The notes under the pieces are model-generated. The model did no database searches and had not been told where the DNA came from. It saw only the letters and a program-made list of their open reading frames with translations. 64,000 nt of DNA from Octopus sinensis (taxonomy: Eukaryota), in the NCBI RefSeq assembly GCF_006345805.1, contig NC_043019.1, forward strand, positions 27,775,360 through 27,839,359, given 5' to 3'. How positions within the stretch are numbered: the stretch's first letter is position 1; every line of letters starts with the position of its first letter. Below are positions 12,160 through 25,904 of the stretch, one piece after another. A program made the translations under genes and the position numbers.

Positions 12160-13904
12160 ATATATATATGTAAATATATGTAATATGTGTGTTTGCATGT
12201 GTGTGTGTGTTATGTGCATGTGTATTATGGATATATATGGTAAGTATATATATATATATTTCTTCATTCCTCTTCTAATCACACACATACACACACACAT
12301 ATAGATATATAGATATGGATATATATATACACACACATATATGTATATAATACATATACATTTATATGCTTATGTCATCATCATCATCATCATTTAATGT
12401 CTGTTGTCTATGATGGCATGGGTTGGATGGTTTAACTGGGCTGGCACACTGCACCAGGCTCCAGTCTGATTTAGCATGGTTTTCTAAGGCTGGATACCCT
12501 TCCTAATGCCAATCACTCTGAGAAGTGTAATGGATATGTAGCATACACTTGAGTGAAATTCCTCTCCTCTCTATTATATATACATACATACAAACGTAGT
12601 AGATAACAGCTAGCTTTTGGCTGCATTTTGGATCCTGTTGTGTCCACCACTCTGATTGGTTGGTATTGGCACAATTTGTCTCTTGCTCTATCGCGTGCCA
12701 ATATGCAACCCAACTAATCACAGCCTTCAAATAAGGTCACATGTGACAACCTGTTTTCTACCTCAGCCGAGCCTACAACTCCTTATAAAAAACCAAACTT
12801 TTCCTAATCTTGATGTCATTCGGTTACAGACCTTTTAAGACTCCGCCAGTTCCAGCAACAACACAACAGCAGCCTTGTGGAGACTCATCAACTTCGTCCA
12901 ACAGCATTCAACGAACTCCATCTCCACCACCACCACCATTCCTCCTAACATCAACATCTCACTACATACACAACTCAACAAGCAACTTGCCCAGGTTACA
13001 ACACTGCACTGTTCGTGAATTACTTCACCATGGATCAACAGCGAATATACAATCTGCGAGAACTCCTGTACCAAGTGACCATGCAGCAGCATCACAGTCA
13101 CAACTTCACGTATGACATATACCACAACTGGCTCTGCATCATCACCACAACTTCTTGACACAGCATTTCAACTATCGTGTACAATTGACTACAAACTGTT
13201 GTTTATCATTCTTGTGTCTATGAACTTACTTCTCACTTCGATGGCTATAGACTCTTTCACTGTCTCTTAAACATCGCCATCCTTGTACGTTCTTAGCATA
13301 CATACATCTACGCCTACATACACACGCATACATCTTATTCTTATGACGGCCTGTCTATTATTCTGTATATATGACGCACACATAATCACACATGCTAACA
13401 TATCAATAAATCTCCTCTCAAACATTCTACCCGGTTGTGTCTCTTATTTCCCTCTGGCACATATATTCATTGTTCTATTTATATTTATTGTATCAACTGT
13501 GTGATGTATTAAGGAGCCATTCTCATCACCTCACTTCGCATGGATGTTACAAATCGGCGACCCATTCCAGCTCCTTGAAACTACAAAACAATTATAATGG
13601 GAGAAGGAGATACTCCACAGGCATCTAAACCTTCATGCCCATTATAGATGCTTTTACATACCACCAGCATGGGTGCATTTACATGCCAATTTGTGTGACA
13701 TCGGATCTGCCACAACTGCGATTTTGTTTGGCTTGATGGGTCTTCTTCTCAAGCATGACATAATGCCAAAGGTCTTGGTCATTGCCTCTGTGAGGCTCAA
13801 AGTTCGAAGATCATGTTTCACTACCTCGTCCTATGTCATCTTGAGTTTACCTCTACCACAGGTTCCCTTCACAATTATTGATGGGTACTTCTTTACACAG
13901 CATA

Positions 13905-13942
<38 letters not shown>

Positions 13943-13952
13943 TGTGTGTGTC

Positions 13953-14004
<52 letters not shown>

Positions 14005-14090
14005 ACGTACGTACATAATATATATATATATCTATATATATATATATACTATATATATATATATCATATATATATATATTACTTACTTAA

Positions 14091-14127
<37 letters not shown>

Positions 14128-14163
14128 ATAGAATAGAAATATGTTTTCCCCCTTATATGTATT

Positions 14164-14194
<31 letters not shown>

Positions 14195-14286
14195 GTAATA
14201 TATATATATATATTATATATAATAGAATAGAAATATGTTTTCCCCAATATATGTATGTATGTTATATATATATATATATATATATA

Positions 14287-14344
<58 letters not shown>

Positions 14345-14974
14345 CATACATATATATATATACACATATATAGTATATATTTTATGTATATAATTATATT
14401 TATATATATTAAGCATATGTATATAATATATATGATATAATATAATATAATATAATATATATATAATATATCTAATACATATAATATATATATATATATA
14501 TAAAATCAAAATAAGCAAATAAGCAACAAGGATATCCAGAGGTAATGCAGTATGATCGTTTCATGCAACTCCATTTAATTAAACAATGCAATCATTACAT
14601 CAATTTAAAATGTAGATCAATCTTCAGCTGCACAAAGACAGAATTTAATTAAATTAGAACAGATGGACATATTAGTATAATTATAACTAAAAACCTCCAA
14701 GAAGTTAAGGAGATACACAAACAACATGTTGTACCTACAACAGTATAGTCGTAACTAAAATTTTCAAGGAGACACTGCCTGTCACTGATTTTTTGTTTTT
14801 TTATGGGGTCAGTTTTAATTTATAGACTAGTTTATCAAATCCCTTGTATATTTAAGGGTAAGAGAAACAGAGGGCAGTATTTGTTTGGGGTAGGTTTGAG
14901 GGAGTAGACAGACATTCTAGATGGTATAGTCATAAAAATCAAGATTTATTAGAAGCAATGTCATGATATATATA

Positions 14975-15033
<59 letters not shown>

Positions 15034-15317
15034 ACTTCTTTGCTGCATTTATCACTGACGAAGAGAAGGTTCTTATGAATTAACTCTGAAATCGGGTCCA
15101 ATATGGTAATAACGGAATTTTTTAGAAATTTCAGTCGGCTTTCTTCGAGACGCATGATTTTAGTGATGAATTATATGGTTATGGATGATGTGTCTAGTTT
15201 CGGCATATTTGGCATTAGAAATTTTTTTTTTTTTACCCTTGTTTATAAGTTGTTTATAAATTTAACCTTAAAGGTATTTTTTAATATGCTGACCATTGAT
15301 AAAATTTTATCCTATAT

Positions 15318-15370
<53 letters not shown>

Positions 15371-15470
15371 CATATATATACATGTTATATATATATAAAT
15401 ACATATATAGGGTATATATATATATATATATACACACATACACAGACACACATATATATGTGTATATATA

Positions 15471-15501
<31 letters not shown>

Positions 15502-16151
15502 TCATGTGTGTGTCTGTATACAAAAAATTGTTTAACATGGAATATAATGAATCTAGATGACTAATTCATGGAGTTATTTATCCTTTGTTCCTTTTTTTTT
15601 TCGTGACAAGAAAATTGTGAGGTGTGTCTGACTGACATCTTGCTGACGTCATTTACCATTCACCTACGCCCCTCTCTCTATCTCACACTCTCTCTACCTA
15701 TTTTCAGATTTTCCTTTTCTATATGAATGTATTCATGCATTTGTATTTTCTTTCTTTCTTAAATGTTGGGAAGTATGTCTGTGCATGTATGTGTGTGTGT
15801 GTGTGTATGCATGCATGAGTGTGTGTGTACATATATGTGTGGGCCTGTGTTTATGCTTATATTCTTATCAATACATTTTCTTTCTTTCTTTTTCATTTTT
15901 TCTTTACTGTGCTGAATATAAACGAAGCTAAACAGAAATAAAACCTTTTTGACTGAAGCTGAAGGGTTTTGTACTGAAATACATTAAAATGTACCTAATT
16001 CAAATTTGCCTTTAGTTGGAGAAAGTAAACAAAAACCTAACATCCATTGTAAGCAACTGTCAAGCATTAGGGACAATAATTTTAAGAAATCCAGAGTTAA
16101 TCAGTCAACTTGCTTAGAAATAAGAAAATCTGAAATTGCAACTGAAAGACA

Positions 16152-16193
16152 ATTATAGACATGTTTCAGTCTATTAGGCCTCATCAGCTTAGT
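16152..16193 (-). ncRNA. Partly degenerate minimal hammerhead
   Basis: CUGAUGA GGCCU aau AGACU GAAA CAUGU C; ACAUGU palindrome and GUC triplet; proximal stem I is mismatched. Confidence 0.45.
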
Positions 16194-16995
16194 TCAGTTT
16201 AAAGAAGCCTAGCATTCTGCTAACAAGGAGTTTTATACATAGAAAAACTATTATGAATCATTAGATTAGCGACAGAGTATTTCTTTATCATTTATATTAT
16301 TCATTTATTGGTTTCCAGCATTGGACTGCAGCTGTAGTGGAGTAATGCTCACAAGACAACTATTTTAGTCTGATGTCTTTTTTTTTAATTATGTATTGAA
16401 AGGTTCAGTATTTTTGTGAGCCCAGGGACACAACTTCATGCAATGGTCTACACAAATATAAGCACACATACGCATATAGATCAGATATATATATATGTGT
16501 GTATGTGTGCATATGTATGTAGATATATTATATATTATATATTATTATATTATATTCTTTTACAAGATGGTAAGCTGGCAGAATTGTTACCACACAGGAC
16601 AAAATGCATAGCATTTTTTTATGATTTGTGTTCAAATGCTGCTGAGGTCAACTTTGCATTTCATCCTTTGGTGGTCAATAAAATAAAGTACCAGTCAAGC
16701 ACTAGGGATCAATGTAATCAGCTTGTCCTCTCCCCTCAAAATACTGGCCTTTTCCCAAAATGAGACAGAATTATATTATATTCCTTTACAAGCTTCAGCT
16801 CAAGGTTGTGGCTGTGCTGGAGCATCACCTGTGCAATTGACACTGCTTCAAAAGTTGCTTTCTGGTGAAGGAGTGAATTTGATGCTGTTGTCCATAACAG
16901 TGCTTCTTGCAATTTCACATCAACCAAGGTTGATCTGAAATGTGTAGAACCCTACCATCAATCAGCACATGTTTTGCTAATCAATAACACTAAAT

Positions 16996-17350
16996 AATAC
17001 ACAATACATACATACATACATACATACATACATACAGACATACATACATACGTACATACATACATACATACATACAGACATACATACATACGTACATACA
17101 TACATACATACATACATACATACATACATACAGACATACATACATACGTACATACATACATACATACATACATACATACTACATACATACATACATACAT
17201 ACATGCATACATACACACACACACATACATACATACATACATACTTACATGCATGCAAACATGCATGCATGCATACATACACACATACATGCATGCATGC
17301 ATACATACATACATACATACATACATACATACATACATGCATACATACAT
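16996..17350. repeat. (ATAC)n microsatellite block
   Basis: Direct reading; one of dozens of (TA)n/(CA)n/(ATAC)n tracts, e.g. 13900-14510, 42720-43300, 47900-48530. Confidence 0.95.
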
Positions 17351-17351
17351 A

Positions 17352-17495
17352 GTGTACAGTTGTGGAAATCAGCTGCCCCGTGGATATTAACATAAAGCTG
17401 AAGATTAGTGAAAAAGAGAATACCTACACTGAATTATTGAGAAATCTGCAGTTACTCAATCCATATTACAAGTTCAGATTTGTACCTGTAATTTT
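17352..17495 (+). mobile_element. Short fragment of the same RLE-type LINE
   Basis: EISCPVDINIKLKISEKENTYTELLRNLQLLNPYYKFRFVPVI, homologous to 62480-62620. Confidence 0.7.
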
Positions 17496-17699
17496 TGAGT
17501 GTGTATGTATTAGTCATCTATGCATACTTGTTCACCTATCTGTGTTTGCATACAAGCACACACATACGTACACATATATATGAATGTGTATAAAGGCATA
17601 TATGCTGTATTGCTTTATATGGAGAAAATGTGTGTTATGTATAAGTGTTGAATGTGTGTGTGCTTGTGTGTGGTTGTTGTGCGTGTATGTGTGTATATA

Positions 17700-17755
<56 letters not shown>

Positions 17756-17757
17756 GT

Positions 17758-17792
<35 letters not shown>

Positions 17793-17849
17793 ATATAATA
17801 TATATATATATATTACATTATATATTTGTTTTGCAAGATCCTTGATGTG

Positions 17850-18993
17850 AAATCATGTGTTGAAACAGATATTATTGTATTTAGGAATAGTCATGTTGCC
17901 AGTTTAGCCAATAAAACACATGTACTATATATTTGGTGTTAATTTGCTTCAGCTTTATTTTTTACATTAATCGTATTTCGGCCAGAGTTCGTTCGTCACA
18001 CTTCTGTGACCTCATCAGTGGTCCTTTGCTTTCTTCTTTCTTATTTGTGTGTCTTTCCTTACTAACAATCAGCCATTTTGTATTTTGTATTCCTATTCTA
18101 TTTGCACATGCATATACCCCTATGCGTGTCTATGTTTTGTAAGTGCGTGTGTGTGGAGGGTGCCTGTATTATCTGTATCCCTTGTTTATAAATGTTCATT
18201 TAATGTTATTTATTTTGTTCATTTGTTTATATCTACTAATTATTTTTTATTCTTTCTTGTTTTGTATTTAATTTAATTTAATTTTGTTTTGTTAACATAT
18301 ATAGTTATTTAATTCCATTTGTTTATCTGTGTATTGTATTATTCATATTGTTATCAGTTTATGGGGATTTCATTCTGTCATATGTTGTGGTGAGTTGGGG
18401 GGTGGTGGTGCTAGTTTCCATTCCAGTTTCCTATTCAGGCTAAGTTTATCTTCTATTATGTGTGTAGCTTCTGTAATTTGTCTAAGCATTGCGTCTGTTC
18501 TATGTATGGACAAAATTTTAAATTCTATGTTGTTGAATGAGCCCCCATGTTGCTGCTTGGCATGCTGGTATAGAACTGATGAGTTCTTCTCTTCCTTAAG
18601 TTCCCTCCAATGCTCATTTACCCACTCTCCTATGCTCTGTGCTGTTTCCCCTACGTACATCGCTGTCTTGTTACTGCACCATCCCTCTGTACATTTTATA
18701 CTATAGAATACATTTCTGGCTTTACAGTTTGTTTGTGGGCTAAATCTACATACAGTACAGTTCCTATCAGTATAGGGAGTTCTACTAAAAGGGTAGGTTC
18801 TACCGATTAGGGATTTGATAGGGTTGCCTGGCCTTTCAACAACCTTAATTCTTAGCTTAAGTTTGTCTAGGGCCCTTCTAAAGCAGTACGACAGTTCACC
18901 TCTAGGGATGGTGTTGACAAACATGACACTCTGGTATTTTTGGCTATCATACCATGAGTTGGCCTTCCCTATTTTCTTCTTAGGAACATGCAT
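17850..18993 (-). mobile_element. Penelope-like element 3' part (GIY-YIG endonuclease + pLTR-like tail)
   Basis: ORF 18370-18993: NCKARNVFYSIKC..YVGETAQSIGEWVNEH..DAMLRQITEA..LNRKLEW. The tail contains a CUGAUGA..GAAA core at 18018-17976. Confidence 0.85.
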
Positions 18994-21872
18994 ATGAAAT
19001 AGAACATGTATTTAATATCTCTAACTTCACTTCTAGTCTTTGAAATCAGATTAAATTTTAGAATATCCAGTGGTATAGCTGACTTATGAAACAATTATTG
19101 ACTATTTGGATAAGAAGAATTTGCCATTAGTTTGGACTATAAGAAAAAATATAATAGACATTTTCCATAGTACTTAACTGCTTTCATAAAGCATTCTGTT
19201 TTATCTGTACCACACCAATTCAGAGTATGATGTTCACAGGATGAAAAAATAGTGTGATTTATTTTCATTAAGAAATATTCTTTTGTATTCCCTTCTAGCT
19301 GGCTGTCATCTTGGCGCCCTTGCCACATATTTCACCTCTACAATTGTTCTATGGAATGCTATTCCTCCTCATTTCCTCTATCAGGTTTGAAATCTGAAAA
19401 CGTGTTTTCTCATGAGTACCTTCAAAAGAGAGAAATATCTCTTCAATCTTAAATTCACACAATCTATACTTTGAAGGTATCATATGGTAAATGTTGCTTA
19501 TTTCATATGTGCAGAATTAGGTGTTGTATTAACTATTACTATTATTGAATAGTAAATGGTAACAAGCTGGCAGAGTCATCAACATACTAGATAAAATGCT
19601 TAGCAGCATTTCTTCTAGCTTTACATCCTGAGTTCAAATTCTGCCAAGATCAACTTTACCTTTCATCCTTTCAGGGTCAATAAAATAAGACCAGTTAAGT
19701 ACTGGGGATGATGTGATTGATTTACTCTCTCCTCCAAAATGTCAGGCCTTGTGCCTATAGTAGACAGAATTATTGTTGAATAGTATTTTACCGTTGAATT
19801 TTCAGAAACTTTGTTTTAAAACAAGATCATAACAAAGAGAAGTAAAATTATTTTGTGATTTTGTGACTTACAACATTTCTTCTTTTTTTTAAAGTAAAAG
19901 GAAGCTACAGTTGTCAACATTGACAATCATATGAGAACTACCTCAGAATACAAAACTATGTTTATCCAAAAATAAAATGTCAATTAGATGGCATAAAATA
20001 AGATTCTAGATATTTTAGCCTCCTCTGGTTGAGTTCGTTTTTGTAAAAAAAAATATTCCATTCAGGTGTAAGCTGTGTTGTAAGTATAATAGTTTGCTTC
20101 TCAGTCCCATGGTTCTGGGTTCAGTGCCACTGCGTGACATCTTGGACAAATGTCTTCTATTATAACTCCAGTGAGTGGATTTATAACTTGTGAGTGGATT
20201 TGGTAGGCAGAAACTGGAAGAAACATGTGTGTGTATGTGTCTTAATGTCTTTTTGAATTGACTTTGTGTGATAGTTGGGAGTATCACTGTCATGCAAGCA
20301 GTTTATTTCCAGTCTTCCATGAGACCACAACGAAGTATCCTCTTTCTTGGAAACAGTTAAGGGTTGGCAATAAGAAGAGCAACCAGCCATAGAAAGTCTA
20401 TCTCATCAAATTCCATTCAACCCAAGAAAGCATGGAAAAGTGGACATTAAAATGATGATGCATCTGTTTGGATGAATTCATAGTTCAGTTTATGCTAGTT
20501 ACAACATTCATGCTCAGGAATTTTGTTGTATAATTTTTTCCATCTATTTACTGCGGACCTTCTACTCTTTTGTGTCGAAGCTGATGCATCAACTCTGCCT
20601 TTATAAAGAGTCAACACAGTAAACAAAATATGTCTTCTGTCTTAATACTTCATTCCAATCAATCCCTCCTACCATCACCCCAGACAGTCAGCTATTTTAA
20701 TTTCTATCTTTAAAGCTGCCAGCTGGAAAAGATTACTTCTCACTATCACTTGAAAATACTTCAGGCAAGGAAAAATGTTCTTTCAGTATATATTGTCTGC
20801 AATTTTTTCTAAAAAAGAATTAATATCACACCAGTCCAGTGTATTATTGGTATGTCCTTTTTCCTGACTTGGTTTTAAGCTAGTGCTATTCAGGGTGGTT
20901 TATTTGACCATTCCCAATGTTAGGTCAAAGGTATTCTGTGTGGTTTATTTGGCCATTGTAGATGGTTGTTAGATCTGGTATTTTGTGTGGTTTATATCGA
21001 CAGTGTAAATGGTGAGGTCAATTGTACTTGTCACTTGGTTTCTTTGAACTAAGGCCTCTATCCAGTGATGAAGCCTTCTTGTTTATCTCTTGGTTTTTCT
21101 CTCATTCCCTTTCATGACTTCTGCTTATACATTGCACTGATATGATTGAAACATGAAATAAAATTCTTACTTGAAATTCTTACTTGAAACATGAAATGAA
21201 ATTCTTACTGTAAAGGATTGTAATAATAAGGTTATAATTTTGAAACCAGATTTAAATATTTGTTCAACCAAAGGTACATCCTATTGCAAAAAAAATTATT
21301 GTTACTCAGTCCTCTGGAAGTCATAATGTGCAGTTTGCTAATGGGATGTATGTGAATGACAACTGTTGAATGTATAGAGATAAAGAGAAGAGGAGAGGAA
21401 GAGAGACTGAGGGAGAAAAAGAGAGTTTGTGTACATGCGTGTTTTCAATAATTATTTTTTATTTATGCTAAGGCCAGTAATTTTTAGTGAAGAGAATTAG
21501 AAAAATACCTTGTTATTTCAAGCATATAAGTTTTCTCTGTCCCCCATCTACCATAAATATCACCAGTGTCATCACAACTAACATTATTAGTATTATCTTC
21601 AAACCATGACTATAACCATCATTACTGCTGCTGCCCTGCCCCGCCCTTGCCTTTATGCTTCACTGTACCCAATACTAAATTCTACAACTATGTCAACCAG
21701 GAAGAGCAAAGGGATCACGTGGCAATCAACAATCTAACATTACATGAACCCAAATTTGGATAGTGTACATTATAGTGTACATTCCTGACCTAAAAAAAAA
21801 ACATACAAAGGCATGTATATATATGAAATATGAATCAGTTGGTAGTTTTTTGAGATTATAAGAGTTGTGCAA

Positions 21873-21946
21873 AGTTTTCAAGAAATTTACTCTGGTAGCC
21901 ATTGTATTCTTATACAATGGCTACCAGAGTAAATTTCTTGAAAACT
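21873..21946. repeat. Perfect 35-bp-arm hairpin with 4-nt loop
   Basis: agttttcaagaaatttactctggtagccattgtat-tctt-atacaatggctaccagagtaaatttcttgaaaact. Confidence 0.95.
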
Positions 21947-23023
21947 GGTCTCTTTGCCTTCTTGTTCTTCTCTGAGTTGCTTACGTAAGATTTGTAGCTT
22001 TGGGTCTTAAGTATGTTTTAAATATGTAGCAGGGCAGGTACAACTACCAACCCAAGCATGTCACCTTCACACTATAACCGGATACTAGCAACACTACAGA
22101 ACAGCATATGCAGTCAGCTATCAACTTCAATAGATATAAACAGATCTGCTATAAATAGATGTCAAGTTTTTGTGAAACCACACCCTGCCATTTAAAAAAT
22201 TTTTTAAAGGATATGGTAGCAGAAAATGAACAGTGTGGTCATAGCTGGAACACTTTTGATCATAGACCTGAATCAGGCTGATTCAGAGTGTCACTCTGAA
22301 TCAAGTTGAATCAGGGTGTCAGAGGGCTCAGCACCATGATAGACATACCACATAAACAAAAAATAAAGTACTTAGAATTCCACCTCTACAACATACACAC
22401 AACAACTCCATAAAATACCAAAAACCAAAATAGCACCCACTTTAAAAACACTCACAAGGCAAAATTATTTATGAATTGAGTGCTTAATAGTTTATTATTC
22501 ACACGACTGAAATCAGGAAGCATTGTTACAATACATAAGCTAAAATTTTGGTAAATGTGAGTAGTCATCAGTACAACAAGAATTGATTGCTTGCTGAAAG
22601 GGTTACACAATATGTCCCACATTCAAATGTTGAATTGTTATGCATGGGACAGGTGATATTTTTATCATTTCACATGCAGAAAAGCATGCTATTTTCATGT
22701 CTTCAATACTTTGTGTATAATGCTCACAAAGTAGGGAAAGCAGTTCGCAATTCTGCCAGCTTGCCACCTCCTATCATCATAATGATAAGAATTGATAATG
22801 TTTGGTGGTTAGTGGTTGTGTGAGGGACAAATCACCTGGTTTGGATGGTCCACTCTCTGAGAATCATTTAAAAAGATATATTTTCCCTCTCTTGGCAGAT
22901 GTTTATTACAACTTTTAGTAGACAGGGGACATTCCTAACAGACAGTCAGACAGACAAACAGACAGACAGATAGATAGATAGATAGATAAATAGATAGACA
23001 GACAGACAAACAGACAGACAGGC

Positions 23024-23096
<73 letters not shown>

Positions 23097-24124
23097 TCTG
23101 TTAGGTGAGTGAACCCTACCACCTAACAGACCTCAGAGGACACACAAACACTTACTCATACATCATCATCATTATCATCATCATCATCATCATCATCATC
23201 ATTTAACGTCCATTGCCCATGCTGGCATGGGTTGGATGGTTTGACCAGATTAGCATGTTGGAAGGCTGCACCAGACTCCAGTCTGATTTGACATGATTTT
23301 CTACAGCTGAATGCCCTTCCTAATACCAACCACTCTGAGTATGCCATGGGTGCTTTTTACATGCCACCAGCATGGGTGCCATTTGTATGACACCAGTATC
23401 TGCCACAACTGTGATTTTGCTCAGCTTCATGGGTCTTCTTCTTAAGCATGACATAATGCCAAAGGCCTTGGTCATTGCCTCAATGAGGCCCAACACTCGA
23501 AAGGAACTTAGCCACTTTGTCTCTATTCCTTTTATTTTATCTTTTTTCAGTCAAATATCATTGTGGACTTATTTCACTTAAACAATCCTCTCTATCTCTT
23601 ATTATAAAAGGCAGAATTTATCTGCCTCCCTTTGTCTCTTATACAAATCTACAATATAGGATTTCTTCAATTACAATTTACCTAGCATTTTTAAGAGTAG
23701 AATGCATCGGGTCGTGCCAGGTCCAGTTTTTAAAATTTCAACCCCAATTAAGCAAAATTTAGAGAAAACTCACATTGTGGTGTCTAAGTCAAGTGCTTTT
23801 CTTAGTGTGGGCTACAGCACACGCACACGCACACACACACAAACGGAGCGGACTGTTTCACTGACGCTATCACCCTAATTTCTCCTCCTTTGTCGTTGCA
23901 AGTGTGCAACGATTAAAGTGAAAGTAATTCACTTTTTGTAGTGAGTGACTCTTTCACTCTGCATTCCCACTTCCTCTTTACACACATAGACACGTAAATA
24001 TATAAATAAAATTGTAAGCTAACGTGTGTGTGTGCGTGTGTGTGAGTGTGTGTGTGTGTGCGTGTGTGTGTGTGTGTGAGTGTGTGTGTGTGTGTGTGCG
24101 CGTGTGTGTGAGTGTGTGACAGGA

Positions 24125-24475
24125 AAGTTTTTTAGGACGAATATAAGACCTAAAATATATCCAAGTAGCAGAAAGATCGCCCAAAAGTGTATATAGATAT
24201 TTAAATGTATTTATATATTCATCTATACACATATGTATGTATAATGTGTGTGTGTATATTTCCATAGAGGTAACCTTTCACTCCATACAAAGTTTTTTAG
24301 GACGAAAATAAGATCTAAAGTTATCTCTAAGAAACAGAAAGATCGCCCAAAAGTGTATATAGATATTTAAATGTATTTATATATTCATCTATACACACAT
24401 GTATGTATAATGTGCGTGTATATATTTCTATAGAGGTAACCATTCAATCCATACAAAGTTTTTTAGGACGAAAAT
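24125..24475. repeat. ~165-bp tandem repeat (2 units + start of a third) inside the composite Helitron
   Basis: aaagttttttaggacgaa recurs at ~24125, ~24291 and ~24456. Confidence 0.85.
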
Positions 24476-24722
24476 ATTTATATATAAAAGAAAGGTTGTG
24501 TGTCTGTCTACTCCGATTTAGATTCCTAACTACTCCCACATTTTGCGATGCAGTTTAACCAAAACCGGGTATCTTATAGTCGTGATTCATATCGAGCCCT
24601 TCTGGGTATTAGCGCGCGTCTACGATGAGTCTACGATTTTACAAATAATTTACCATCATTTTTTTCCATTTTAATGCATATTTTTTTAATAAAGGGAAGT
24701 AACTCTCAAACTTCACACCAAT

Positions 24723-25200
24723 ATGCGTGCTCATATGCGACGTAATATCACATCAGCAGCATTTCCTCACACCCTCCTTGCACTTGGCGAAGGCAAAATA
24801 CCAGGGGATGAAAATGGTAATATTGCCATCGATTCCATTTGTACCATTGTTAAGACGCCTTCTAATCTCAGAGATGCAGTGTTCCCAGATCTACAAGCTA
24901 ATTATCAGAATATGGATTGGATTGGCAAAAAGGCTATACTGGCCCCGAGGAATAAAACTGTTCACCATATTAATGATGAAATGCTAAAACTCATTCCTGG
25001 GGAAGTCTATCGATACAACTCCTGACCCAGAGGACGTCATCAACTATCCAATAGAGGTACTCAATTCCTTTGAGCACCCCGGACTACCACCACACTTTCT
25101 CAAACTTAAAGTTGGTGCCCCTATAATGCTCATCAGAAATTTGGTTCCCCCAAAACAATGCAATGGCACACGTTTGATTGTTAAGTCCTTATCTCCCACC
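24723..25200 (+). pseudogene. Helitron PIF1-type helicase fragment (stop/frameshift)
   Basis: AILAPRNKTVHHINDEML, then in a shifted frame [46 protein letters not shown] (RepHel helicase motifs). Confidence 0.85.
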
Positions 25201-25340
25201 GTAAACTTATATCAATATTTGCCTGAATAATCATCATAATTCAGTGCAATCATTAACAGTACTTTCAAGCAATTCAGCCCCGAGCAACGCCGGGCAATTC
25301 TGCTAGTTATATATATGTATATGTGTGTGTATGTATGTAT

Positions 25341-25405
<65 letters not shown>

Positions 25406-25788
25406 ATATATATATATATATATAAAGAGAGAAAGAGAGAGTTAAATGCAGGTGTTATTCAAATTCAGAATTTGAATAACACCTGCGTTTAACTTCATTT
25501 ATTTATTTATATACATTATACAAAATATATCACGTAAACCCGAAGTTTCTATCTTTAAAAACAAGGAGTTACAACCTTTTTACTTGTGTGATTTTTTGCT
25601 ACCCTGGTAACTATTTACCTACTTTTTCCGTGTTAATTGTTAACAGGAGAAAAATACACACATCTATCTATCTATCTATCTATCTACTATCTATCTATCT
25701 ATCTATCTATCTATATATATATATATATATGTATATATATACATATATATATATATACTATATATATATATGTATGTATATATTATAC

Positions 25789-25822
<34 letters not shown>

Positions 25823-25861
25823 ATATAATATATATATATATATGTATGTATATATTTATAC

Positions 25862-25904
<43 letters not shown>

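Larger units (their letters stand above)
23595..25306 (+). mobile_element. Composite Helitron (two 5' modules, helicase fragment, one 3' end)
   Basis: 5' A|TCTCTTATTATAAAAGGCAG; second 5' module at ~24477; hairpin CCCGAGCAACGCCGGG at 25279-25294, then CTAG|T at 25303-25306. Confidence 0.7.
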
